This document shows, piece after piece, positions 11,601-24,477 of a DNA stretch of 64,000 nucleotides. A model generated the notes under the pieces. The model had not been told where the DNA came from, searched no databases, and saw only the letters and a program-made list of their open reading frames with translations. The translations under genes were made by a program, and so were the position numbers. Position 1 is the first letter of the stretch, and each line of letters opens with the position of its first letter. This stretch comes from Psammoneis japonica. Its lineage: Eukaryota. The DNA lies in contig QPGO01000037.1 in the NCBI GenBank assembly GCA_008632985.1, positions 62,001 to 126,000 of the forward strand. The letters are read 5' to 3'.

Positions 11601-12687
11601 TATTCAGCATCTATGCTTATGATTACCTTTAGCAATGGCTTGATAGTCAGAATCCCAGAAGTAACCCAGTTTTGAGTAATGGCATTGTTGGGTTTCCCTT
11701 TTCTCAAACGCAAAACAATAGGCCGGGTATATAGATACGGTAGAGTCGTCAAGCATTCTTATTTTATTGCAACACAGTCTATTCTACTAGAAATCTGTTT
11801 CTTCTAGGTTCTCAAGGCTAGAAGTAGAAGTGGGAATGGAGATCACAGTTTCATTGAAATGCTCCTAGTGCCACGTAAAGGATCCAACTCGATATGAGCT
11901 CCGTCCTTGGTAGCATGACGTATGGACTTATAATTACATTCCTCTCCATCAACTTCAGGTGAAAATGGAGCCTTGTAATAACCATTTCACCTTTTCCTTT
12001 GAAGCCCTGTCCAACCAAGTGAATAAATAATGCTCTCAAAGCAATGGTCGATCCCTTTTTCCCGCATGGAATTCTGTAATAAGCCAACAGCGGATGCGCA
12101 GTCTTGGTGGCGATTCAGCACTGAGCAATCTCTTTGCAATGGCATTCGGAATCACTCCAATGCCATTGGCACAGATCACATGCCAGCAACTGTGACCTTG
12201 GCATGTTGCATTGAGTATATGATGTCAGCACAAGTGATTGTGTTGTCGGTTGTGGCAGAATATGAACGCAAACTTGTCGGTTGTTGTGCGTTGCGTCGCG
12301 GTGAATTTCTAACTAAAATTATTTCGGATTTCGCCCCACAAAAATTCTCTCAGGTACAGCACATCGTGACAGGCGGAAGTACCAGCGTGATCCACCTCAT
12401 CGTTTTGTCGTTCGTGCGCGCGCTTAGTGTGCGAATGCGCGTGTGCGAACGACAACAGACGATTTATGCACCTCTGACCACGATGGCCAATGGCAACGCT
12501 CAGCTTGCGACAGGTCTCTAGTGTGGCCATGATGTTGTGTGATGTGTGATGGGCACTGTGGCACCGCGCACTGTGGCAACACTGTCAGCAGCAACAAGCA
12601 ACGACGTGAGCAGCGAATGGGTGGTGTCACTGTTTGCTGCAGCAGCGCGATTGCTGAAGCTGGTTGCAGGTGCAGCATCATGCAGCA

Positions 12688-12768
12688 TCAAGCAGAAAAA
12701 ATTGAGCGTGCACTGATGTTCCCAATCAACATTGTCATGCATGTCAATCATGCAACAATCATGGATGT
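12688..12768 (+). repeat. Remnant of the Gypsy 5' LTR
   Basis: Matches 15841-15920, including the identical 37-mer TTGTCATGCATGTCAATCATGCAACAATCATGGATGT. Confidence 0.85.
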
Positions 12769-15700
12769 TCTCATCCAGAAGACAAGAAGAGTTGCATCTG
12801 CATGAACAGTGTCAACAAGCACTGCAACAAGCAGGGAGCTCCCAAGTGTGTTGAATTTTTGAAAACATTCAGCAAACTCATTGAGTCTGAAAAAGACAAA
12901 GGAGCCTTTGAGAAATGCCTGCCTTGTCTCTCCAACCACATCTTCCCTGAAAATGAACTTCAGAGTCAGAAGTGGCATCTGCAATGTGATCACAAGAAGC
13001 CAGACTCCATGAAGATCCAAGAAGTTGTGCTGCTTGGACACAGGAGGTCAAGGAAAATTTCAAGTGCTGTCCTCCTTTTGAGCCTTTGCAGAAGAACCTG
13101 GATGAAGAGATGAGCTCTGTGACTGCATTTGCAATGTTGCACCTTGTTGATGGCAACATCAGTCAGCCTTGCAAGGTTTCAAAATTTTGGATCATGCCTT
13201 TGATGAGTTGGTGGAGTTCTTGGAGTGCCTGGAGGTCACTGAGAACACATCTGATCAAACTCATGTCAAACCCAACAAGTCTGGTTGTTCAAAAACCAAA
13301 GATGGCTCTCATTGCAGTCCCAAAAATGGGTGCAAATCTGGCACCAAATGGTCCAAGTCTGACAAGTGGTGCAATCATTGCAAGAAGACCACTCACAAGA
13401 CCAGAGCAAAAAACAGCCAAGAGAATGGTGTGAAGCAAACCCAAAATGGCAAGATTCAAATGGCAACCGGGGGTCACTGAGAACACATCTGATCAAGCAA
13501 ACTGATGTCAAGCCCAACAAGTCTGGTTGTTCAAAAGTTAAAAACCAAAGATGGCTCTCATTGCAGTCCCAAAAATGGTCACAAATCTTGCACCAAATGG
13601 TCTGAGTCTTTGACAACAATTTGGGTTTGCTTCACCATTCTCTTGGCTGTTTTTTGCTCTGGTCTTGTGAGTGGCAATCATGCAAGAAGAGTTGAACACC
13701 ACGATCATTCAGGCGGCCAACAAATCTCTCAAGATGAGTTCCTTCACAAAGAACCAGAAGTGCAGGAACAAGGAATGAGCAACTTGGATGAGGAATGACC
13801 AGCAGCACTCATGGAGATTTGCTCAAGTCCAGTGGTTGAAGGGTCAATGACAAGATCAACAAAACCCTCAATGCCAACTCCTCCCATGCTGCCAACCTCA
13901 ACAATGTGACTGCTGCAGCAACACATCTGACCCCTGAGGAACAAAAGCAACCGAGCTTCCTCCCAAATGGTTTGGGCCCCTTTGTGATGGTTTTCCAGGC
14001 AAACAGATGGGGAAACTGGTGGAGTTCACACTGAAATTGGGCGCAGCTCTGCATCATGCAAAACCTTTTCTCTTTCCACAAGCCTTGAAGGGTGCTGCTC
14101 AAAAGGGAGCAGACTGACTGTGCAAGACAGGAGCCCCAAGAAAAACAAGCCATTCTCTGAATGGGCAGCTCCAACCTTTGTTCAGTTGAAGAAAATCAGT
14201 CAAGCTTGGTTCCTGCTCAACTTCTGTCAGCTCAACAGAATGTCAGTGGCTGCACACTCCATGTCCTTTGCCAAAAATTCAGGATGTGCCACAGAAAAGC
14301 CAGAAGATTTCATGTGTGCAACCTTGCTTGATTTGAGCACAGGACATTGCCGCATTGCATTGACACCACATGCCCATTGTTTGTGCCCAACCATGATGCC
14401 ACAGGGCAAACATGAGCACCGCAGACTCCTCAAGGGAATTTGTGGAGCTCCAAATGTCTTTCAAGAACATGTGAGTGAGCTCATGGCAGGACCAGAATTT
14501 GTCAGAACTCACATTGATGACACAGCCCAATGTGCCTGACAAAAGGCAACTTCAAAGATCATCTGAAGAAAGCTCAAGACAGTGTTCATGCATCTCAAAC
14601 AAGCTGGTTTGAAGGTTGGTGCCAAAAAATCATTTTTTGCCAAGCCCAAAGCAGACTGTCTGGGCTTTCATGTCTCCTGAAACAGCACCAGACCAGCGCC
14701 TGAGAAATTGGAAGCAATTTAAGCAATTGCACCCCCACAACTTGCAAGGAAGCAAGCGCAATGTTTCATTGGTGTGATTGACTGCTGGCAAGACATGTGG
14801 CCTCATCAATCTCATGCACTTGCTCCTTCAGCCAAACTCACCTCATCTGAGAGGCTGAGTGGCAAAGGACAAGCACAGAACAAAATCTTTTGAAACTGTG
14901 AAAATCAAATGATGTTGAAAGACATGTTGTTGTCACACCTGAATTTCAAAGACAAGCTCTTTGAGATGTGTGCCAATGCAAGCAACAATCAATTTGAAGC
15001 AGCCATTGTGCAGAACAGCAGACCTGTTGCCTTCCACAGCCACAAGCCAAGTGGAGTGCAGAAGTGACACACCACAATGGGAAAAAAAATTCTGTCCACA
15101 GCTGAAACACTTGAAAAATTCCAAAACATGCTGTTTGGCCAACAGACAAACATGCACATGGATCACAAAAATCTTGCCCACAAGAATGTTGCAATGGGCA
15201 GAGCCATGCACTGGCATCTGATGATTGAAGAAGGCAGCCTCAAAATGATCCATCTGAGGGCAAGGCTGACGTCATTGCAGATGCGATCAGCAGACCCAAA
15301 ATGCACAAAATCCACAAGCAAATGCCACAATTGAGCATGCACATCAAGGGCCAGGCAACACATGGCCTGCACCTGAATTTTAAAATGCACCCCTGGACAC
15401 ACAGAATCCATTTGAGGGAATGCTGTCAGCAGCAGTCTTTGCAGTGCATTTGACATGCCATGCTGCTGTGCAAGCTGCACCAGGACAACTGGTTCTCAAC
15501 AGAAACATGAAATTTGATGTCCAACACAATGCTGACTGAAAGTTTGTTCAGAAATGAAAACAAGTCATTGCAAATAAAAATGGTGCTAGAGAGAATGCTC
15601 GATGGCATGCACTCCATGCACCCACAGAGTGAGAGAAAAGATCCCGCTGGAGAAAGATTCTCAAAACTAGAACAGCCCTGCATTGGACCTTCTTGTGAGA

Positions 15701-15824
15701 TGACAACAGCACACACCAATGTTGCAGCACAGGAGATCAATCATGGTGATGTTGTTGACACTGTCAACATCCATTGAAGGACTCCATTCAACAAATGACT
15801 CCAATGTGCAGAGCCAGGGAGGCA

Positions 15825-15920
15825 TGTGCAGCACGCATTGTCAAGCAGAAGAAATTGTGTGCATGAATGTTCCCAATCACAGGTTGTCATGCATGTCAAT
15901 CATGCAACAATCATGGATGT
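15825..15920 (+). repeat. Start of the Gypsy 3' LTR
   Basis: Begins TG just after purine-rich AGGGAGG (PPT-like, 15816-15822); matches 12670-12768. Confidence 0.8.
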
Positions 15921-16799
15921 GTGCAAAGGTCAGATCAATCACACAGAAATTTTGTCAGATGTCCAAAATTGCAAATGTGATTGATTGATGATGTTGTTTT
16001 GCAAGATGTCAATGTTGATTGCATCCAGACAATCTTGTCATCACAACTGGATTCTCCAAACACCTTTGCTGTGTGTGAGCAGTGCAAATGCTTTGGGCCA
16101 TTGAAAACTTGTTTGGAGAAACCCAAAACCGCAAAACAAAGTCTCCAATCTCACAATTGTTACTTTCAGTGATTTGCTCTGCTTTTGTTCATGCTCATGC
16201 ATGCTGTGAGCATGGTGCACAGACAAGAAGGTGGCAGGCAGCAATCATGGTGTGGTTGCAGCATTGGATTGACACCAGCACAAAATGCCAACATGAGCAA
16301 CTCAACTCAACACAACGATTGCCAGTTGGCACTGGTGCCCTTTACGGACTTTGGCCCCCAATGGACCCGACCGGCTGGGGTGCAGAACTCCTTGGAGAAA
16401 AGTTCCAGACCGGCATCTAAGAAATGGAAATAGAAAAAGAATGTTGACGCGTTCCAGGTCTAGGTGGGACCTCGTACTGCTGAACTGTGACATCGACAGT
16501 TTTTTGAATCACGTCGTATGTCGCGCACGTAGATTTCTACGTGATTTTTTCGATATTTTGTGTCATTTTACGGTACACTTATTGAGCGATCCGTCCAACA
16601 ACTTTTGACATTTTTTGTTACAGCGCGATTCTATAATGTCTTAAGAATCGCGTAGGGCAGGCGCATTTGCAAAAACGTCGAGTGGTAAGAGGCATAATTG
16701 TACCACAAACTTGGCCGTTTATTTGATGTTTAAGATAAATATATCCATTAATTAAATTCTCGTACTACGGAGCTCGCACGTAGAATTCTACGGGCCCAA

Positions 16800-19700
16800 T
16801 GTCACACGGAGTCCCACCTAGGGCTGGAACGCGTCTGTTTTGCGATCGCACTCAACCCAAAGTTGAGGAGCAACACCGTCAGTTGTCCAGTTCGTCGGAT
16901 GACAATGGGTCCCTGGTGCAGGTTGCTTCATTGTCGCCGGCGAAGCCGTCAGTTTTCCAGTCATGTCAAGTGGGTCCCCGGTGCAGCTGATGAAAAAGAG
17001 AGAGTTGCCAATCCACCACGATTGTCAGGAGTCAGAATGCTCCTGTGCTTGTGCCTCAACCTCCTGGTCCTGAGAAACATGACAACGTTTGGAGGGAGGG
17101 AGGTCTTACATCGTCGTCCTGATTGTTTGTCGGATCGAGTTCCCGAATTCTGGGTTGACTGCACACCCATCTGTGCAGCGCCGCTCGTTCATCCTGGAGT
17201 TGCACACCAACCCCAAGCTTGCGAGACAGACGTTCTCAGGCTGCCACGACATTTGCCAGCCAAGAGCGTTTGAAAGAGGTTGACTTCAAGAGCAGCGAGA
17301 CAACGTGACCGCAGAAATGACAAGCGAATTCCCCTGGAAGACCTTCTCGGCCCCGCTGAAAATGATGGCAAATCCATGAGTCTAGCTTGTCTCTGGCTTG
17401 CTTGCTGATTTGAGGGTGGGCGGCGGCGTTCCTGTGCTCCCACAGCCGATGCGTTATCCTGACAAGTTGGTGGACCCATCTTCTGACCCATTTGGATCCC
17501 GATTTTCTAGAGCCTTGGAGCCGGAAATGTTCCTGTTGCAGCAGAGCCCACTCCTTTGCCACACAGCCCTCCAGAAGTCTGTCCCAGCCAATGACATGTT
17601 GTGACTCAACCACCTGATGAAGGACCGGGCTTGCGCAAGGGTCGATGCAGACATTGACATTTTGCTGGCTGCGCCAGGCAGTGAGGTGTTCCTGAATGGT
17701 GGTCGCTAAACCAAATGCCGCGTCGTTGCGGTCCACCCAGCGGGTGTGTTTGCGCAAGAGCGACCTCCACTTGTCCGTGGCCTCTGGGCAAGTGGTGATG
17801 TGCGTGGCATCTTCATTATCGCCGTCTCACCGGGGGCATCGCAAATGATCCTGAACCTTCCAGCGTTTCAGCCATTTGCCTGCTCCGCACATTCCCACTG
17901 CGTGTTTGGCCATCCACCGTCGTTTGCCGACACCGAGACTCCTGGCGACAGTCTGAATGACATCCCAATCAATCCTGCGAAAGCCCTTGTCCGTGAAGCA
18001 TCTTTTTTGTTCGATCCAGCATTTCGCCAGCCGTGTGCCGTGAACGTGGTGATGCAGTCGATCAGAAAGCTTTGTCGAGATCTTGTGTCCTCCAACGAAG
18101 ACACCCCACATTTCGTCTTCGATGTCAAACTGTCGTGGCTGCCTTTCCTGGGGATCTGGTCTGGTCTCGTGTTGCCATCAAGCTTTAGCCAGGTTGTCCA
18201 TCTCAATGTTCAGTCTTGCCCATCTGTCGAGTCTTCTGCATCGTTGAGTGTCTTGATGTCCTTTGACCCACCGGAATTTCCACCGCAGCGGGCTCTTGGC
18301 GATTTTAGCCTTGACAGCGCTTAAAATGTCGAAGTCATTGGACTGAGCTGTGACGGGAAGAGTGGGGTCCGACGATTTTTGCAGGGCTTGTTTGCCATCA
18401 CAGGCAATTTCAATTGCTCCTTGATGAACGTCATGATGCAGACAAATGTCTTCAACTGTGCAAACAATGCTGCAGAGACCCGCTGTCTCTGCTCGGCAGG
18501 AATTCACATCACCAGGGTGACCTGGCACAACATTGGCACCCGTCACTTGGTGGGTGTCTCGTTTGCCTTGGACAGTGAATGCCGATGTTGCAAGATCGTC
18601 TTTAGCTGACCCGTCACTGACAGCAATGGCTGCTCCTGATTTGATGGCGTTGGCAACACACAATCCATCGTCGTCGACCGAGACTTTGTCGTTCGCCCAT
18701 TGTCTGGCTGGAGGTCGTTGGCGGAGGCGTTGGAGAAGATTGATTGGGGCTGGGGCGTCTTGACTGAGTCTCTTGCCGGTGGACCCCGAGCGACACATTC
18801 CCCATCTGTCCTCACCTTTGTGGCAAACACGGGTGCGTTGACTGTCGTTGGGCAGTGCAGCCGGTCCAGCCGGGATAAATCTGTGATGATGGTTTCTCAT
18901 TTGCCTGCGACTCGACAACCTGAACGATGTCCATTGGTTGTTCTGACCTCTTTGATGTGGTTGCTGTTCAGATGGAGAGTGGAGCCACTGCCAGCGGGAA
19001 TCATTGTCTCTAGCATCAGGAAGCCAGGCGCCCAAGGGATGGTGCAGTCGCCTTGAACAGACGTTGGCAGCCTGTGCAAAGCAGTGCCTTAGAGCCTTGT
19101 GCCACATCGTCCAATCGGCAGCCTTCGGGCGTTGCTGCGGGGGCCAATTGCACTGGGACCGAAAGAAGACATCCTTCTTTCCATTCCACATGTCACACAG
19201 AATGTCACATCCATTGCCAGTTGAGATGTCAGCAAGTGTCACGACATTCAGGAAGACATGGCAACGATTGAGGGCCTGCAGCTCAGCTCCGACAAAGCCA
19301 TCATCTGCAAATCTTTCCATGAGAAAGGCGTCATTCTTGCGTGAGAGTCTCAGCGACGGTGTGTCTTCTTTGATGCTGATGTCGTGGCTTGAAAAGAATT
19401 TCCAAAGATGTTTGACCCATGATTGGGTGGCTGGGCATCCGAACAATTGGTGGGAACTCGCAAGGAAGGAGCTGCCAATTCCGACTTCCAGCTTGTGTTT
19501 CTCCACAAGTGCTTGGAGAAGTTGACCCGTGATCGTGTCAGCTTTGCCGTGTTTGACAAATGCCTTGACATGTTTCCCACACATGGCAGAAGCGATCGAT
19601 TCAAATCCGAGGCCCTGCAGTCGGACAGGACCGTGCACAACTGCGCAGGGAAAGGACTCACACAAACCCAATCTTGGAAGGCCTTGCTTGAGCAGCGGTG

Positions 19701-19901
19701 CTTCGATGCATTTGCATTCTTTCGATGACAGGGCAAGGGCGAGAAGAGGATGGTCAAGGGCCTCATGGACTCGTTGAGTCAGAGCCAGCCACGCATCAGC
19801 CTTGGAAAGATGACCTGGTCAAGCCCGATCCGCCCAACCTTCAGCATGCTTCCGGAGTTCTTCCACCGCCTTCCTGCAGTTTCCGTCAGGGGCTGGCCAC
19901 A
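16800..19901 (-). mobile_element. 3' part of an Ambal-like non-LTR retrotransposon (post-RT region, RNase H, C-terminal domain, 3' UTR)
   Basis: WPAPDGN right after the junction; RNase H AVSDGS / NSCRAETAG / ACDGKQAL / WVKGHQD / LNIEMDNLAKA; C-terminal IGWDRLLEG..LWEHRN; 3' end approximate. Confidence 0.88.
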
Positions 19902-20457
19902 GCATCAGAGGCCGCAACACAGTGTTGTTCACTTTCCTTTGGAAAATTTGGGACATTTGTTTTGACAATTGTGTGCAAAAATTAGTGATGGTTCATTTGT
20001 TTTTTGACAGTCAATTTACACTCATTGTCGCCATTTTATGTTGGCAATTGTCGCCGTTTTATTTTGCTTTTAAGTTGCCAAAGAATTTCAATGAGCCCTT
20101 TGTTGTTGAACAACGCTTTTTGTTTTGATTAATTTTTCACACATTTGTGGAATCGTCAACTTTGACAGTGCTTTTCAATGGCTTCACCGCAGCCTTGCGT
20201 CACCACAGACAATGGCATTTCTCCCTCGCCCCAGTCGGCCATGCAATTGCCTGGAGGAACACCATCTCATTGTTTCCACCTGCACGCTCCAGTTGTCCAG
20301 TCAACAGGCCCCCACCTGCATTTTGGCACCTTTTCTACATGCGCAGTTCTCTGCCCATTTCACAACAGCACACCCTCTCCCCAAAATGCTTTTGACGAGA
20401 GGGTGTGCTGTTGTGAATCCTGCACATTCTACGTGAATCGGCAACTGACTGTTGGCC

Positions 20458-23400
20458 ATGGCTTCTAACGACTTTACCCCATCTGACGACGAGGTCGACC
20501 CTGACCCTTCTTTCCAAATTACCGAGGACTTAAATTTTGATGAAATGGAACATTTCACCAACGGTTTCGGATTCGAATTGTTCCAACCCAAGCTCAAAAG
20601 CACAATTGCAACGCGTGCCTCGAAAAAGAAGTTTTTGGAGTCGACGAATTGGACCCCCTCTCCAGAATTCCTCGCTCTTCCCTTCCTTTGTCACAAGCCG
20701 AAGTTACGCCATGTTCCTCGTGTTGTCGAAGTCATCCGCACCAACAATGTTGTAAGGAAAACCCTTGGCTATCCCAACATTTGGTCCCACATCATGACTC
20801 GTGGTTGGTCCACCAAGAAATCCCGCCGTGCGAAAGGCGAACATGTCCTGCGATGTAAAAATCTCGAGGAGGCTCTGCATTTCTCCAAAGTGTCCGGAGA
20901 GACAGAAAAAGAACAGCACAACCGTGTGCTTCTTCACCGCAACATCCAGGCGATGGTAGAATTTGTTTGTGCGATCATTGCCGGAGACGACCCAAACGAT
21001 CCTTTATCCGGCAAGCCTTGTTTCCGATTTTTACGGTGCAAAAGTCTCCAAAGTTTGATCAACGATCAAGCCCAAGACCTCCACAGTGCCCATTTTGTCA
21101 CTGACATCGTCGTGCGTTACGTTCAGCACAAGCCCAAGGACATGGACTGTTGGCTCTTGAAGATTTTCCGTCACATCAAAACCCAAAAGGAATGGCGCCT
21201 CTTTGTTGACAGCTTTCTGAGTTACATGCGACACTGACGATCCTGGTGCCCAGGCGGATGAGATCAAGGGGTTCCTTGACGACTCAACCGGTGACACAAA
21301 GAACATGGTGACAATGCAAGGCGATTCCCTTGCACGCCGTGAGGCTTGTGAAGAAAAAATCAATTCCATGTTGAATCACGAATTTGGGAAGCGTTGTCCC
21401 AAGGAGCAAATTGGCATCTGACCTGGGTGCAGCAAGCAGCTCACAATGCTCCATTGCAGAATGCGTGATCAGAGGGCCGACCACTTGGAAGACGACAACA
21501 AACGAATCTACAACTCTAAAACCAAACGCAAAATTAGGAGGACCCGCAAGGATGGCACCTGTTTGTACGATTGTGAGAACCCCCCCCCACCTCCCGCCTT
21601 CTACCTTTCCGCCTGCATCTGTCGTCTCAATGTCTCTTCTCACACCCCATGATTGTTCACGACCCACCAGAGCCTTCCTTGACCGTTCCCAACAAGAAGG
21701 CCAAGCCTGCATCTCGCAATGAACAAGCCCCTCCATCGCTTTCTGGCAATGTTCTGTTGTCCGGGGAGGCACACCGGACTCTCACCACTGACCTTCCGTC
21801 ACTCTCAGAAATTGTGGAAAACCTAAAACCTGCTTCTACCTCCAAAGGTCCTTTGTCCAAACCTCACTCCTCTCCTCCTTCTGTTTCAGCCAATCCTCCC
21901 GCGGTTGCGTCTCCTCCCAGTGACCCTGACGACATGTCGTGGCTGGACCTGTCCACACTCCGTGATCGCTTTGACCCATCCAAGTGTCGACCCGTCACCA
22001 CCGAGGAAGTTTCTTCTCATTTGTCACACCTGCACATCATTGACAAAGCCACCGACACTGATCGGGTGCTTCATCATTCTGCCGCCGACTTTTACCTGGC
22101 GGACAACTTGCGGGAAAACTGGCACACGTTCTCAAACAATGCGCCATCATGTGATTCCGCCACCGCATCTCGTGTTCGAACCGAGTGCCCTCCCAACCTC
22201 GATCACTTCTCCGAGGAACTCTCCGTCGCCCGTCAGGCTAACTCTCTGTACAAGGGGCACTTCGGGTGCCTTCGTGCATGCATTCCCACCCTTCTTCCAT
22301 TTATTTTGTTGAAGGGAGAGTCCGATTTGACACGTGACGGACCGGTTGCAGTTCAAAATGGCGAAGCATGCAGGACAAAGTTCGGTTGTGCTGGGAGAGC
22401 GCATCACCCCAAGACGCCTGGTTCTGCCAAACTGGCCAAACCAAAGGCTGCTTACGGACTTGATGTCTTTGAGTCCGATGATGACTTTGACGCCAATGAG
22501 ACCTCCAAAATCAAGGCGATGGCAGCTGACATCCTTGACTCGATTCAGCTTTGCGAAAATGAGGTAGAGCTGAAAAAACTGAGCAATCCACCGCCATTTA
22601 ACTTTTCACTTCGGTGCGAGGAATGCTCGCAAAAGTTGGGCAACGAAATGGGCTGTCTCTTCTTCAAACGTGAGGACGTTGCCATGCAGGGATTGTGCAT
22701 TTCCCGGGGTCAAGTCTGTGATGGTCACTGTGACAATAAAAACTGCACCTGGCGTCGACACAGGAAGACAGCTGCCGGTTGCTTCTTTGTTGTGGATGCC
22801 TTTGGCAACATCTGGTCCTTCAAGGTTGTCACCAACAGCAGAAGGACCATTGGTGAATGCTGCGACGACCAGTGCGACATGAAGCCTGTGCTCACTCGCA
22901 TGCACCACAATCGAGCTCAGCTTGATTTTGCACTTAAAGACTTGGACTTGCAGCACGATGGTCCCACCCACCCCAATGTGTCGCTTTCCAGCATTGCATT
23001 CAAGCATCTTTCCCTTGACGACAACAGGCCGTGGGACAATGTTCTTGTTGGTGGAGGTGGCGACTCTTCACATGTCGAGGTGCACATGGATCGACTCAAG
23101 TTCCCAACTTTCCCAGTCAGGGACTTCCACTTGTCTGCCCCAGTCACAGTGATCTGCCGTTTCAAGAACATTGTGCACCGATCGGGTCCTGACCCAAAAC
23201 GAGTCATTCGTTTGGCGATCCATGCTGGTCATCCCACCGGATGTCGCCGATTTTGCTGCGTGGGGGACAAGCATCTTCCTGACCTTTGTTGCGAAGGTGC
23301 TGACCCGTTTGTCAACTTTGCTGATTGCTTGCAGAACACATTTGGGGTGCCATGCGGTGACCCACAGGTGGGTGGGATCAGCCCCACCAATTTGACGTAC

Positions 23401-24477
23401 GAGAAATTTTGCGATGCATTTCTAGACCCTTGTTGCGTCGGAACCGCGAATGACCTAATTGATGCAATGGTGGAAGAAATCTGTGCTGCACTTCTCTGGA
23501 TGAACAACAACGTTGACACCAACGAGTTCTGTCCCAACTTAATGGAACAATGGTGCAAGGCAGCGTGTGATGCTTGGGCAGACCGGGGAGCAGATTTCAG
23601 TGAGATTCGTCTCATGTTGGTGCTGCAATGTCTGGTGCTGGCAGGTGTCACAGTGAAAGACCATCCAAGACTCAACAACATCATCTGTCCTGTCTTCAAT
23701 TCGGGAGCTGCCGCACAACTGGGGCATGTTCAACCGGAAGAAAGGCCGCTCATGCACCAAAGGATGTCATCCGAAACAGGAACCGAAGAGCACGGTTGGA
23801 ACGGAACTGAGCACAAACTTTGTGAGAATTCAGACAATCGCTGCACCTGTGTTTTTGATTGTGTTTTCCAAGGACCCTGTTCAGGACAAGACCTGTTTGC
23901 CTTCTCTCCCTCTGGGCAGCATCTCTGCAAGCCACATGGGCCAACCGAGTGTGAAATTTTGGAGTGTGTTGACGACGACCCCAACCTTTTCCAATCACAA
24001 GACAATGCTGAATCGTGCACATTTGTGTGTGAATCAGCCATGCAATCAGACGGTGCCAGTGTTTTCTCTGCTGTTGATGGACTGCCCGCGGACAATGAAC
24101 TTAGCTCATTGTCATCGGAGGAGTCTAGACTCGCCGCAAACAATGAACTTGGCTCATTGTCTTCGGAGGATTGTCGATTTGACGTGGAGAAAGAACCAAG
24201 TTCATTGGATTCGGAGGAGTCTCGACTCGCCGCAGACAATGAACTCAGCTCATTGTCTTTGGAGGAGTCTGTGTTGTCGGAGGACTGCTCGTGTCCTGAT
24301 TCTGACTGCCGCGTTCCAATTGTCACGGTAGATTCTGTTGTCCTTCAGTTGCAGGATCAAGAATCCGATGAAGATGATGCAAGTGACGCAACCGCGTGCG
24401 ATCGACCCGAGCCACCGGTCCTTTTACAAGCACAAGATTTTGACATGGACAAACATGTGAATGCCATTTTTGAGTGA
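20458..24477 (+). pseudogene. Large transposon cargo gene (frameshifted; main 942 aa ORF 21649-24477), possible DNA base-modification enzyme
   Basis: Adjacent ORFs 20452-21237, 21446-21652 and 21649-24477 linkable by frameshifts and a TGA; HCDNKN at 22726-22743; SGAAAQLG..EHKLCE ending 23826; acidic repeat tail; Tyr nearly absent. Confidence 0.55.
24090..24270 (+). repeat. In-frame tandem repeat encoding DNELSSLSSEESRLAA-like units (x4)
   Basis: Repeated AATGAACT..GCTCATTGTC..CGGAGGAGTCT.GACTCGCCGCA. Confidence 0.85.

Larger units (their letters stand above)
9435..12476. mobile_element. Non-autonomous TIR DNA transposon (hAT-like) carrying captured gene fragments
   Basis: Perfect 27 bp TIR CAGAGGTGCATAAATCGTCTGTTGTCG at both ends, with ~150 bp further imperfect subterminal inversion; 8 bp TSD ACCACGAT at 9427-9434 and 12477-12484; no transposase seen. 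Confidence 0.9.
12670..15920 (+). mobile_element. Heavily mutated Ty3/Gypsy LTR retrotransposon relic (gag, RT, RNase H, integrase C-terminus); 3' LTR probably extends beyond 15920
   Basis: gag FDELVEFLECLE; RT LDLSTGHCRI and GAPNVFQ..VRTHIDD; RNase H ETLEKFQNMLFGQ..MDHKNL..RAMHWHL; KLEQPCIGP..DTVNI; LTR copies at both ends. Confidence 0.88.
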
